Shown here one piece after another: positions 43,939-60,186 of a DNA stretch of 64,000 nucleotides. Position 1 is the first letter of the stretch; each line of letters starts with the position of its first letter. The stretch is from assembly GCF_009914755.1 (NCBI RefSeq), contig NC_060928.1; one strand, given 5' to 3'. This DNA is from the human T2T-CHM13v2.0 reference genome, Homo sapiens. A model generated the notes under the pieces. That model made no database searches, was not told the DNA's origin, and saw only the letters and a program-made list of their open reading frames with translations. The translations under genes were made by a program, and so were the position numbers.

Positions 43939-45867
43939 TATGCCACACTTTCACATAATTTATCCTATTAAGCCCTGACAACAGTATCTTGAGGTAAGAA
44001 TTATCACTTGAAGTTTTTAGACCTGGAAACTGAGTTGCAGAAAGCTTGAGGAACCATCCAAGGCCACTTGCTTGCTAGGAGAGGAAAGAGCTGTGATTTG
44101 CACCCAGGAGATCTAAGAAGAGCTTGTCCAGTGCAAGCTTCATTTATACAACTCTGCCATGGCCTGCCCTTGCTGGAGACATTTTTAGATTCAGTGAACC
44201 TGCCTGGTAAAGGTGCCATTTGTAGAATTCCCAGGAATAAGAAAAACTAAAATGCAGGCCTTGTAATGCTGCTCCAAGTTTATTCATTATGTTTTGTTTT
44301 TTGGTGTTTTTTGAAACAGCTATTACTTAAGCTTTCATTGGTGGTTTTGGCCACGGAAAAGCAGCTACAAAATAAGAAATATTTGTCACTTCATAAGGAC
44401 CAATTATTCTGTTTTAACAGTCGTTTTCTGGGTTTAATCCAGCAAGTTGGGTCCTGATTTTGATTTGGAATTAGAATTACAGACAATAGCAAATTGAGAA
44501 CATACATGCAATCTTGGTGTTGAAAGAAAACCAAATGAGTGTGAATCTAAAAAGCATGTTCATTGTGCACCTTTAATGAAAAAATTTTCTGTATAACGAC
44601 CTCTTCAATTTAGTATTTAACATTTCAAAGGACTTTGAAGGACTCTGCCTTCTCAAAAGTTGTCAAAGATTTTAGCTATTGTCATCATTAGACTTCAAAG
44701 CAGAAACTGCAGGCTATTTTAATGCCAATGCTTTTAATCCTAACCTTTGTATTGAGATTAGGAGCACAAAGGATGGCCCGCAAGGGGTGAGCTGAGTTTT
44801 TCTATTTTGTTTTCTTTTTCTTTTCCCTAAAGATTTACAGTGAAAGCTCTGCTCTCTAGAATTGTTCTTTACTCATGGATAGTTTTTTTTTTTTTTTAGG
44901 TCTAAACTATTTTGAAATCTGCACAATGGTGTCTGTTATTAAAAAAGAACAGCCACAGTAATGAAAGGACTTGGCACTTACAGATCAATTTCATGTGCCC
45001 ACAGCCTGTTTCTGTAAAAGATCAAGAGCCATAAATCTCTCCCAAATTATCTGTGTTTGTTATTATTTTAGTGTTTGAAGATTAGACGTGTGTATGGGGT
45101 GAAGGAGTTGGTGAGAATTATGTGTAGAGACCCCAGGCAGCCTCAGGCCAGCCTCGCGAAGGCATGTCCCCGGGCTCACTGCCACCCTCTCTCTCACCAT
45201 CTCATCCTTCTTCACCTCCATGAGCCCTACACACATCCCTTGTACGCCTTTCTGCTCTCGGCCCATACATCAAGCATGGACATATTTGTGCAGTGTCCTC
45301 ACGGAGCAAAAACAGAAGCACACGGTGGCTCTATGCTGGCCTCACTCTGGAGGAAACCACAGAGCTCCGGCAATGAATAGTTTCTCGGGTGCTTGTGCAT
45401 CGCACGAGTTCACAATGCGGCTGGGCGCTGGGATACAGTGAGTGACTTTCTCTTCTCATGGGCCCTAACATCAGGTAGGCTTGTGTAGCCGTAAGTTAAG
45501 TGAGCCGCATCTCCATGATCTCTTCTGTCCCTGGCAATGTCAGATGCCTCGCGTTGGTGTGGCACCTTTCACCATTTCTCCACGGACAACTCCATCTATT
45601 AATTTCTTGGAGAAATCTGGAGCCCAGATTTAGGGGGCTCAAGTGGCATAGTTGATTTGCTGCTGATGAGTGGAAGGAAGGGTTAGTGGGAACCTGTTGG
45701 GTCTATGGCCAGCTTTAGAGGAGGCTTGGGGGATGGGAGCAGGATGCTAAATACAGGGAAGAGGGGTGGGGTGTACTTGAGAAGAACGTGGGGGGATGGC
45801 GCATGGCAATGAGAGGCGATAGTACGACATGGTGCAAATCGTACCACGTCGGAAGTCAGAGACCTAG

Positions 45868-46254
<387 letters not shown>

Positions 46255-47097
46255 TGAGTGCAGGAGCAGATGGATTTAAAAATCTTCAGATTTAAAAGTC
46301 TTCTTTTTCAGTTATTAGACGATTTGATTCTAAAGTATCCAGGTATAAACCAATCAACCAACCAACCAACTGATCAAACAAGCCAGAAGTCTTTTCATGG
46401 AGGAGAAAAACTGTGAATTTTGCAGAACGATTGATTGAAAGCTACTGTTAGAATTTTAAGAAGAGAATGTCACAGCCAGATCAGAGATAAAGATAATTTT
46501 TTCATCTACATTCAACATGTCCAGAAAAAGTATGTTTGGAGACTAGGAGAACAGAAAAGATGGCACTAAAATGTTTAGGTTAGAATTAACTTGGGGCCTT
46601 CGTCTGATAAAATGAGAGATGAAGAGAAAAAGATGGAGCCAGCAAAGTTTGTGAAAGAGACAGCAGAAAGCCTTGACAATGTCTCTGTTAGATGTTTTCC
46701 TCTCATTTTACAATTTGAACAACCAACATGAAATTTTAGCATTTTACCTTGGACAGATAAAGAACATTGTGGGGTAATATTTTTGCCTGTTTGATAACTT
46801 ACTTCTGAACAGGATTTTTTTTTTCACCTGTGTACAGACTCTAAGGAGGAAATTTTTTCAAGAAATACACGTGATTGTTGGAGAGTTAAAATTTAGACCA
46901 TTGTGTGAAGCTGTTAACGTCTGTCTCATTGGCTGTGGGAAGAAGAGTGAAAACATTCTCTAAATATAATCAACAGAGCTGTAGGGTGGTACAGGTCTCT
47001 TCAAGAGCCTTTCTGCCTTCAATGAGACTGAAGTAAATTGCCTTTTCTGAATTCCCCAAGGGCTGCTGAAGTTACTCGCAAGCTCAGAGATTGTCTA

Positions 47098-47520
<423 letters not shown>

Positions 47521-48649
47521 TTAAATAACTAAATGGAATTTCTTCTGAGAACTAGAATTCAACATGAATTATTACACAGCGGGGCATAGAAAAACCTGAT
47601 AAAAATATTGAAATCTCTGTTTAAGATGATATTTAGGCAGAAATACATGGAAAGAGTAATTTTTCTATGTTTAATTGTATTGCTCTCATCCTCACTCAAG
47701 CCAATTTCGTAGCACGAAATAGACTTTTCATCTGATTTCATTCTCTGTGTGGCATGCGTGCCATCATCTGCGTAGCTTTGGAAAGCTGACGGATAGTGAA
47801 CAGAATTATCATAGATCGAGACATCTTTGGGTATTCTCCATTCTAGAAGTGGAACTTAATTTGAACCAACAACTTTAAAAGTAACGTATTTCGACTGGTT
47901 TGAACTTGAGCTGACCTAGAACTGAATTAATTACATGTAATGAGGACCCCAGCCAAGGCACCACTCGGACATATGCGCTGTGGCCAGCAGGGCTATGTGA
48001 GAAGTATGAGTAAGTGACAGATACTAGGACTTCAGGTCTACTGTACACTGATACCCAGCTCACTGTTCTGGAAAATCACAGTGAAAATGTTTGTCCGAAA
48101 ACAGATTCCAGCCTGTTCTCTTTTTACAATGACTCCCAAAATGGAATTTGGGAAACTGAATCCCTGAGATAAAATGCCATTCCCTTGATCCCAGTTAGAC
48201 CCTTCCCTGTTTTTCTGTGTGTGGAATTTTCTGTTAATTGGCCCTTTACTCTGAATACACATTGATCTTTATGGGTTCCTGAGTGCTAGGTTCCCACTTT
48301 TTAAAGCAATTATAAAAGAAAAAACAGGGCATTTCCCAGACGTAAAACTCCTTCTCATTTCCCAGTGGGTCGGTTAATCCCGGGATATTGCAAGAGTTCA
48401 GTGAAACCTAATTCAATTAACTTCTATCACTTCATTCTATCCCAATTTTGAGTATACCTTTAGCTGCATTAAGTGGAACAAAGCCAAGCTTTTGGTCAAT
48501 GTCAGATTAATATCTTTCTCCCAACATTTAGATTGAATGCTTAGTTTTTGTAGTTGACCAAATGCACTGTAGAGTTGTAGCAGCTGTTAGGATTTACTAT
48601 GCCTGGGTTACACTTTTGCTGCTTCCTTTTAAGCGGGCTTCATATTTCA

Positions 48650-48820
48650 TTGAATCTTATAGCTGGAAGAGACCTTAGAATCCTTCTGGTCTGATGCACT
48701 GGTTTTATATAAATGAAGTAATGAAGCCCACAGAGGCTAAGAGACAGGCTTAAGGTCACAAAGCTAGACAGTGGCAAAGCCGGGGCTAGAACTGCAATTT
48801 CCCACCTCTTGCACCAGTGT
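48650..48820 (-). mobile_element. MIR-family SINE
   Basis: agctggaagagaccttaga...tgaagcccacagagg...aaggtcacaaagctag. Confidence 0.7.
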
Positions 48821-48959
48821 TTTTGGTAGCTTACTTCTGAACAGGATTTAATGATATTCTTTACCTCTGTCCAGATTCTCAGTGGAAACATTTCCAAGAA
48901 ATGCTAAATGTTATTGTTGGAGATTTAAAATTTAGACCATTTTATATAACTGTTGCTTT

Positions 48960-49260
48960 TTTTTTCTTTTTATCACGTACAATTTCTAAAATACACAAAA
49001 GTAGAGAGAATAGAAAAACAAACCCAATATCCGGCTTCAGCAATGTCATCATGTTTCATTTATATCCCCATCTACTCCCTCCTCCCCCCAATTATTTTGA
49101 AGCAAATCTAGACATCATATTAATTCATCCATAAATATTTCAGCATGTAGCTCTAAAAGATAAAGACCCTTGAAAAATAGCTACAATACTATTACTAACC
49201 TAAGCAAATTAGAAGTAATTCCATAATGTTATTAAATACCCCATAGTTGTTCTGTTTGAC
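48960..49260 (-). mobile_element. L1MC4/5-like 3' fragment
   Basis: attttgaagcaaatctagacatcatattaattcatccataaatatttcagcatgt motif. Confidence 0.7.
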
Positions 49261-49269
49261 ATGTTATAA

Positions 49270-49564
<295 letters not shown>

Positions 49565-49799
49565 GACCTGTTATAAATATTATATAGTCATTTTATTTTC
49601 AAATGTGTTTTCCCTTTCGAAGAGGAAACAAACTGTTAAGAATGATGGGTGTTTTAGGTGAATGGAATGAGGAGAGGTGCTGTAAAGGTCTTCTTCAGTA
49701 TCACTGATGAAATGTGACACGACTTTACAATTAATGAAGAATTTGCTAGATAGTCGCTTAATTTTGGAGTGTTTTCTCTTTTCCACCAAAACTAGTAAA

Positions 49800-50101
49800 T
49801 TTTATTTTTTTTTTTTTGAGATCGAGTCTTGCTCCATCGCCCAGGCTAGAGTGCAGTGGTGCGATCTCATCTCACTGCAACCTCCGCCTCCTGGGTTCAA
49901 GTGATTCTCCCTCCCTCAGCATCCTGAGTAGCTGGGACTACAGGCGCCCGCCACCACGCCCGGCTAATTTTTTGTATTTTTAGTAGAGATGTGGTTTCAC
50001 CATGTTGGCCAGGCTGGTTTTGAACTTCTGACCTTAGGTGATCCGCCCCCCTCGGCCTCCCAAAGTGCTGGGATTACAGGCGCGAGCCACTGCGCCTGGC
50101 C
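49800..50101 (-). mobile_element. AluSx-like
   Basis: Antisense dimer; long TSD caaaactagtaaatttta. Confidence 0.95.
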
Positions 50102-50340
50102 CAAAACTAGTAAATTTTAACATGATGCTTTTCTAAGGCACTGCAGCTGTTCTTTTTATATCCCTTGAAGTCATTTGAGTATCAGTATATTAAAGAAACT
50201 TGTCACCACAGAAAAGGAGAAAGACTGGGTCATCTTTGTTGGTTGTCTCTAATTTTTTTTTTTTTTAGTGTGAGCAGATGTGAATACCTTGAGCTCCTAG
50301 GGTCCGGTTTAGTAGCATGAGATAGAAAATATTTTATTGG

Positions 50341-50430
50341 TTTGGGAGGCTGAGGCGGATGGATCGCTTGAGCTCAGGAGTTCGTGACCAGCTTGGGCAA
50401 CATGGTGAGACCCTGTCTCTGTTTTAAAAG
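50341..50430 (+). mobile_element. 5'-truncated Alu left arm/FLAM
   Basis: tttgggaggctgaggcggatggatcgcttgagctcaggagttcg...gagaccctgtctct. Confidence 0.85.
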
Positions 50431-51960
50431 GAAGAACAAATAAAATAATTTATGGTTAGATACATGTCCTATTCACTACAAACTATATTCCAGGGAAGGA
50501 TTTTAGAGGAGACAGGTTTATCCTTTTGTGGGATCCTTTTGTGAAGGCGTTTCTCATTTCTTTGACTTCTGCTTTTACGTTTCTTTAGTGACAGAAGCCG
50601 CGAGCAGGTGTTGAATGAATATCCCATCCCATTCATACGTTTAGGCTGGCGTGACATTTTGTGCTGCAGAATATAGGGTACAAAACCGAAATGTCCTCAT
50701 CACTTGTCTGTTGTGATGAGAAAGCTACAAGTTTGTCAAGTTGGCTGAAACCAGATTGTCTGCCTTAGAGAAACGTTAGGGAGAGTGGGGTCCCGGGAGT
50801 GAGAATCCGGAAGCAGGATTTTCCTGAGAGCAGCGGTCATGAAAGTAAACCTTGGTGAATGAGCCAACTGGGAGAAAAGAAGAAAACAAACCAGCCAAGT
50901 ACAGCTGTGTGCCTGGGCGTCGCGTCCCCGTCGCCACACATCCCAGACCTAACAGCGCAGAGACATGTGAGCTGAAACTAGTTTAAGGCTTGCTGTATCT
51001 AGGTCAGACTGACTTCCAGGGCATAATAAAAACCCGTGTCTTCTGGTAATTGGGGCCACAGACGCACCTTGTGACTTGCTTAAAATGTTTCCTCCTACTC
51101 CCCCATCAGAGTATAGTCGCCCACCGCCCCCCACCCACCTTTCAGAATTTGGAGAAGCTCCTTTTTTTCTTCACCTTTCATACTGTTTGTTGTTGGTGTG
51201 TATTTGTTTTACCCTTTCTTTGCCATTGGCTTTGGCTGGTCCAAGAAGGACAAGTGTTTCAGAAAAAATATAGAGAGAGCAACAGAGAGACAGAGGACTT
51301 ATGTAGCTGATCAGTCCGAGAGCGGGAACAGCTGTTTTGTAGGGCTGAACACTCAGATGTCCAAAGGCCTGCATTTCGTGGTCACTGCCTCCTGCCTGTG
51401 GCCTCCTTGCTGTATTTGAGTGATGATGATTCTGGTTCTGTGCAGCGAGACAAATGAGGCCCCTCCATCTGTGGAGGCTGTGCAGGGTGCCGGCTGCCTC
51501 GCATTTGCTTTGTTAATGGTGCTGAGGAAGAAAGAGGAAATGCCTCAGCTTCTGGAAGCTAAACAAAGTGGATGTCTAGCCTGATGGATGAGTGGAGTTT
51601 CTGTATCTCCCTTCACCGATAGTCCATTCATCCAAGGTCCTGCTCCTTATATACACTGGTGTTTAATGCTCTTACTGTGGGCTTTGCAGGACCTCCTCTT
51701 TAAATTTTGTTTTTAAAAGTTCATTGATGATAATTGACCAATAGCCAAATTCCCAAAACCAGTGAAGGACCTTAGTCCCCTTTATAACAATGTTTGCGTG
51801 GAAAAATAAGAGTTCCAGTGTCAACACGCATCTCATTGCCCCATTACCTGAAACTGTTGGCCGAGGGAGGGAACCCTTTCCTGGCCCCAGCTTATGAGTC
51901 TGCAGAGATGGAGGCCCACATAACAGGGTGGACACGAGGGCTCTGAGAAGGGTCCTCCAG

Positions 51961-52324
51961 AGGGCGAAGGTTCAGATGGTTGCTGGATGGTGTAGGCAGA
52001 TGCAAGATCAGGAGGGTGAAGGTTCCGATGGTTGCTGGATGGTGTAGGCAGATGCAAGATCAGGAGGGTGAAGGTTCAGATGGTTGCTGGATGGTGTAGG
52101 CAGATGCAAGATCAGGAGGGTGAAGGTTCAGATGGTTGCTGGATGGTGTAGGCAGATGCAAGATCAGGAGGGTGAAGGTTCAGATGGTTGCTGGATGGTG
52201 TAGGCAGATGCAAGATCAGGAGGGTGAAGGTTCCGATGGTTGCTGGATGGTGTAGGCAGATGCAAGATCAGGAGGGTGAAGGTTCAGATGGTTGTTGGAT
52301 GGTGTAGGCAGATGCAAGATCAGG
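51961..52324. repeat. 52-bp VNTR, 7 copies
   Basis: Unit agggtgaaggttcagatggttgctggatggtgtaggcagatgcaagatcagg starts at 51961, 52013, 52065, 52117, 52169, 52221, 52273. Confidence 0.98.
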
Positions 52325-52953
52325 GTCACTAGGATTGCACAACAGAAAGGGGGGGAATGAGGAAAGGCCTCCTTGGAGACAGGCCTTGTACCTAAGAGAT
52401 GATTTGACAATCGAATGTTTCTAAGCAGGGGACTACCTGGATTTTTCAGTAATACAGACTGAGAAGAAATTCTGCCTGCATGTCTGTGAGTCCATTGAGG
52501 ACACTTAGGGACACAAGAGAAAGGGGAAAAAAGCTAGTGTTTGAGCAATAACCATGTGTCTGCAGCTCCTGGCACTCTGTTCCAGCACCGTCCAGGTGCA
52601 GAATGAAAGGCAGCCAGACTGGAATTAAGCAAGTAGTCCTGGAGTAAGATGCAAGTAGTAGTGGGGTAAGTAGTGTGGTAAGAAAAAGACCAGGTCTTTT
52701 TCTTCTAAGCATCTTTCTCTGCAATACCACTTTTCTTTTTGAACAGCCATTCCCCAAGCACAGACGTCTCATTAGTTGAACACAGAGCAAGCAGTCCTTA
52801 AAAACAACCCCACTCTGCCATCTTTTTTCTCATCCTCCCTCCCACAGATGTGCATTCAATACCTTCTACACACGAAGAATAATGCCAGATTCTTGAAGGC
52901 TATGTTCCTATCCATCTTGAGATTCTTTTTCATGGTGGATCAACTCAGTGCTA

Positions 52954-53333
<380 letters not shown>

Positions 53334-53742
53334 TCAGAGACACCATCAATTTAGGCCGTTATAAATTTAGTGATTTAGTATTTGGAGAGATTGTAGTATT
53401 TGGAGAGATGGATTAATGTTTCCTTAGAAAGGAAACTCTTTATTCCCTCTAACTGTCCAAAAGGTACTGTGTGAGCTACTGGAGGCCTTTCCCCTTTAGG
53501 ATCAGACATATCCCTACTAATGAAGGACACTTACACATCATTAGCAGACTCCCTGCTGAGCGCCCTGCATGCACGCTCTTATTTACTCTTCACACAACAT
53601 TAGGAGAGAGCTCTGTTTCCCATTTTGCCTTGGAGGGAATAAAGCCTTAGCAGAGATTTTGGACTTCGCTCAAGGTTATACCTCTAATAAGTGCAAGATC
53701 CAGGACTTACATCCATGCTCCAAAGCTGATGCTGTTAAAAAA

Positions 53743-54075
<333 letters not shown>

Positions 54076-54254
54076 TAGAATGCTAGGCAAATATCTTAGG
54101 GCCATGTGTATCTTTCTACCCTACCGGGAGGAAAATATGGTGTTGGAGACCTTCAATTGTCTTTCATTCCCCTGAGACAGCTTCATGTTTCAATGGATGA
54201 AGATTCAAAGCTCTGAGCAAGAACCCCTCCTTAGACCCTTCCCCTAAGCATTAC

Positions 54255-54470
54255 TAATAGTAGCTAACATTTATAATGCTCTCTACCAGGCATTGTTCTA
54301 AGCAGTTCACATGGATTCACTTATTCAAGCTTCACAGCAGCCTTGAGAATTCTATTATTTTCCCCGTTTTACAGCCGGGGAAACTGAGGCCCACGGATGC
54401 TCACACAGCTAGTCAGTGGCTAGCGCACTTTACCTAGGCAGGCTGGCTCTGCATTCTGTACTCTGTACCT
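54255..54470 (-). mobile_element. MIR SINE
   Basis: aatagtagctaacatttat...ccccgtttacagccggggaaactgaggc. Confidence 0.85.
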
Positions 54471-55112
54471 CTCTGGCATGCCACTTGGGTCCCACGTACC
54501 ATGAGCCCATGTCCTGTTTCCTCCCGACCTTGAAGGAGCTGGAGGAGGAGGCCTTTGCAAGTGAGGGCTCGAGGCTGGTACTGAGGCAGCACCGCCTAAT
54601 TGGGACCTGGATTAATTCTCTTGCCTGCTCCTTGCCAATCCCGTGGTTACTTCTTATTCTGACTTGCTTATTTCTGGGCCCTGGGGCTTGGCAAAGCAGA
54701 AGCCAGAGGTTTGCAGAGTCTGCACAGGAATGAGACAGACTCTTGCTCCTGTTAATGAGCATTAAACATCTCAAGTGCTACCTTTTCCCCACGCCTTTCC
54801 TCCACTTCATTCTTTTGGATGGTGCTCAAACCCGCAATTATGCTGACTTACTGCTTGTTCCTGGGGCTGATTTGGCTCTGTGCTGGGGAAGGGGGCAAAT
54901 GCTGCCTTTCTTTGGAGCACAGAAAACAAGTTGGCTTCTTCCTCTGTCAGGAAAACACAGTTACCCAAAAGGGAAGGTTTGCTTTGATGAACTGCCAAAG
55001 ATGTTCTCGATGCGTTATTGGACCGTCTTTTGCTTGGTTTATTTTTTTTCCTTAATGAATTTGGCTTTGGTTTATCAGTCCAAGGGAGTTAAAGGATCGT
55101 CCTCAACGACAC

Positions 55113-55551
55113 TGATCGGGGTTGAACTGCATCCCTCACAGATTCATATGTTGAAGTCCTAACCACCTATAGCTCCAAATAGGACCTTATTTGGAAATAG
55201 GGTAGTTGGCGATATCATTAGTTAAGAGGAGGTTGTACTGGAGTAGGGTGGGCCCTCATCCAGCATGACTGGTGTCCTTATAAAAAGGGGAAACTGGGAC
55301 ACAGGCACACAGGGAGAATGCACAGACAGGGACGGTAATGCAGGAACCAAGGAATGCCAGAGGTCACCAGCGTGCCCCAGAGGCCAGGGGCAGGGCATGG
55401 GGCAGGCTCTTCCTGCAGCACCCCCAGAGGAAACAGCCCTGCTCTTAACCTTGATCACAGACTTCTGGTCCCCAGAACTGTGAGACAGTTTCCGCTGTGT
55501 AAGCTGCCAGTGTGTGGTGTTTTGTTACAGCAGCCCTTGCAAACCTGTACA
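55113..55551 (+). mobile_element. MLT1B/C MaLR solo LTR
   Basis: attcatatgttgaagtcctaacc, gaccttatttggaaataggg, gactggtgtccttataaaaagg, ccagaactgtgagac, tttgttacagcagccc; ends ...tgtaca. Confidence 0.9.
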
Positions 55552-56214
55552 ATCACCTTCAACAAACAGACAGTCAAAACAAAAGCATGAAGTTAGCAAA
55601 GTTTGATGGACCTGAGCCTCCGTGAAGGAGACCTTCCCTTCTTCTGCAGCAACTTCGAGTCAGAGGGCCCAGCCCTGAAAGGGCCTGGCCGGGGACTTGA
55701 ATGGGGTCTGCTGGGGCACGGCAGGCCTGAGTCTGAGGCCAGGCATACCAGGCCACCTCCCCTCTTTCTACACCTGCCTCCTTTCCATATATATGTGGAG
55801 AGAGAGAGAGAATATTCAAGGATGGCTGGAAACCTTTGTTTTCTCTGTGGTAATACTTTCTGTTTTTTCTTCTTTTGATGAAAAGATGGATTTCATAATT
55901 GATTGTTAAGGGATTACTGCTGTTTAGAGGCCATACAAGAAAAAGCGAGCTACTTGCTTCTATTTCCCACAATATGGCAGACTATACAGCCTGAGAAGCT
56001 TCTAGGTTTGAAAAAAATTAATTTCCAGCTGAAATATTACATAGTATTTCTTGGCTCTTCAGTCTCATTTAAAATACAGGTCTAGCTCCATACACCTGCG
56101 CATACCATTGAGCTAGCAACTCAGACCCGAGGGAACTGGCCAGCTCATACTGAACAAGGAAACCAGTAAACTCAGGTAAACTCAACAAGGTTTGACTATT
56201 TAAAACAGCAACAG

Positions 56215-56781
<567 letters not shown>

Positions 56782-56849
56782 TCATTGAAAGAGTAGGAAG
56801 AGAAGCAGAGATGGAATTAGAGAAAAAGAGAGAGCTTGTTATTCAATAA

Positions 56850-57187
<338 letters not shown>

Positions 57188-57220
57188 TTAACCACCTGTC
57201 AGAATTTGTCTGTGTGCTCA

Positions 57221-57355
57221 CAGTTTGCAATTGCAAAAATATGGAACCAGCCCAAATGCCCATTAATTAATGAGTGGATAAAGAAACTGGTGTGTGTGTG
57301 TATGTGTGTATATGATGGAATATATATATCTATGATGGAATATATATATGATGGA

Positions 57356-57394
<39 letters not shown>

Positions 57395-57800
57395 AATACT
57401 ACTCATCCATAAAAAGGAATGAATTAATGGCATTTGCAGCAACCTGGTTAAGATTGGAGACTATTATTCTAAGTGAAGTAACTCAGGAATGGAAAACCAA
57501 ATGTTGTATGTTCTTGCTTATAAATAGGAGCTAAGCCAGGAGGATGTAAAGGTATAAGAATGATACAATGGACTTTGGGGACTTGGGAGGAAAGGGTGGG
57601 AGGGGGTGAGGGATAAAAGGCCAAAAATTGGGGTCAGTGTATACTGCTTAGGTGACAGATGCACCAAAATCTCACAAATCACCACTAAAAAACTTACTTA
57701 TGTCGCCACACACCACCTGTTCCTGAAAACCCTATGGAAAAACAGAAGTATTCATCATTTTTAAAAAAATCAATAAATAAAATGAAAATTAAAAAAAAAG
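57221..57800 (+). mobile_element. 5'-truncated L1PB-like 3' end
   Basis: aagtgaagtaactcaggaatggaaaaccaaa, gatacaatggactttgggg; A-rich tail; 19-bp TSD gaatttgtctgtgtgctca at 57202-57220 and 57801-57819. Confidence 0.95.
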
Positions 57801-58113
57801 GAATTTGTCTGTGTGCTCAGCCCTGAACCAGGTATAGTGTATTAGTTTAGAAATAGCTAATATTTACTGAGCATTAATGAATCGCCAGGCACTAGTCTCA
57901 GGTCTTTGAAGAGATGGTTGCTTTTGTTTTCCCCATGTTCCGGAGGAAGAACTGAGAAGAGCGTCAATAGGACAGGCCGGCGGTCTCCACAATGGGAGTA
58001 GAGGTGCTGGGATTCACACACTGTCCGGGATATTCCAGAGCGTTCATGTTTAACCCCTGAGCTATACTGTTTTAGTAAAACCCTTGTTTTGTCTTAGCAA
58101 ATCCTTGTCTTAG

Positions 58114-58669
<556 letters not shown>

Positions 58670-59558
58670 TGACATGGAAAAGCAAACTGGACGCTCTTCT
58701 CATAGTCGATACATACTTAGGATATACTTAACCTCTCCTCCGAGGCAGTTTTTTTTCACTTGTTCCAGAGTCTGAGTTTAGGATATCACACGAGCAACTG
58801 TTACCTACTAATTGACATATAGGTTGTGACTCCATGAAGACCTTGCTTTGTCCAACCAAACATGGATGGATTCCCTTACACCTAAAACTTAAGTAATTTA
58901 GCTTTAAAAATGTATCATGGCTCTGGAAAAGTCTGTAGGAGGCTTGTCTCCAGGGACATGGTGATGTGTAAGCACAGAGTATCTAGGGCCAGAAAGCCAC
59001 ATCAGATATCCTTCGGAAACCAGTCTCTGAGATTTTGGAACAAAATGTGTCCCACCGTATCTCTGGGTCCAACTTTCTTTTTTTTTTTTTCCCCTCTCCC
59101 TCACTGTCTTTAATTTATTGCCTTCTGGTTCTTTCTCACGGTTTCTAATTCTGGTCAGGCCTTATCCCATTTCTAGGATATTTTCCGCTCGTATCTACTG
59201 AGACGCCACAGCCCCAGGTAAGCGGCAGTTCCCTGGCGGTACAGAAGTGATCACGTGGAAACCCTGCAGTAGGCTGGGACCAGTGTGGACTGTTAGCCGA
59301 CCTAACAGCCTCGTCTATGGTCTGAAACATGCTCCACATGAAGTGCTGGCACTTGCCCCTTCCCTTTGCGGCCAGCATCTTAGCTTGGTGGACTGGACGA
59401 AGCCGGTGGTCTCTTCAGAGACCTGTGGGAGGAAAAGTCTGGGTGATGCAAGTGATGCTGGACTTCATGTTTTTGTTACTGGAAACATTTGCAACAGATC
59501 TTGAGTCTTCACCCTTCTAGTCGGGGTGAGAGAAGAGCGGATGGAGATACTCTTATTT

Positions 59559-59651
59559 TACACTATTATTTTACATATAAAATACACTATTATTTTACAT
59601 ATAAAAGTGTATATTTCACATATAAAATACACTATTATTTTACATATAAAA
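59559..59651. repeat. AT-rich 24-bp tandem repeat, ~4 copies
   Basis: tacactattattttacatataaaa x2, one variant unit, then another exact copy. Confidence 0.9.
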
Positions 59652-59768
59652 CTGTCTGATCCTGCAGGTGATTTTTCCTGTCTCCCCACTTAGATTTATT
59701 TGTTCCTCTTATAAAGCAAAACTGTAACTTAAAAAAAACCAAAAAACTAGCCTCCTTTCCCTGAAAAG

Positions 59769-60186
59769 TAGAGTGACCTTGTGTCCCCATTTGTCCAGGA
59801 GGGTACTAGTCTAAGCATTTTGTTCTAGTGTAATTAGTAGCATCCTTCTTACTTTAAAAAACATCCTAGTTGGCTCTGGGAGGCCAAGTCAGGTGGATCC
59901 CTTGAGCCCAGGAATTTGAGACCAGCTCGGGCAACATGGTGAAACCCCACCTCTGCTAAAAATACAAAAATTAGCCAGGCACGCTGGCGTGCACCTGTAT
60001 TCCCAGCTACTTAGGAGGCTGAGGCACGAGGATCACTTGAGCCCAGAGGTCAATGCTGCAGTGAGCGGTGATCATGCCACTGCACTGCAGCCTGGGCAAC
60101 ACAGTGAGATTCTGTCTCCAAAAAATAAAAAAAATTAAAAATATTAAAAATATCCTAATTGAATAATAACTGACATGGTAACTCTA
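59769..60186. mobile_element. MER94-like hAT-Blackjack element split by an Alu
   Basis: Terminal inverted repeats tagagtgacc / ggtaactcta; interior resembles MER94; Alu TSD aaaaa(c/t)atccta(g/a)tt. Confidence 0.7.
59872..60140 (+). mobile_element. 5'-truncated AluJb-like
   Basis: Starts at ctgggaggccaag; cttgagcccagga J-type motif. Confidence 0.9.

Noticed and set aside
53376-53410. Small tandem duplications (also ~58089-58117, ~32518-32538)
   Set aside because: Ordinary slippage duplications with no motif gain that I can identify
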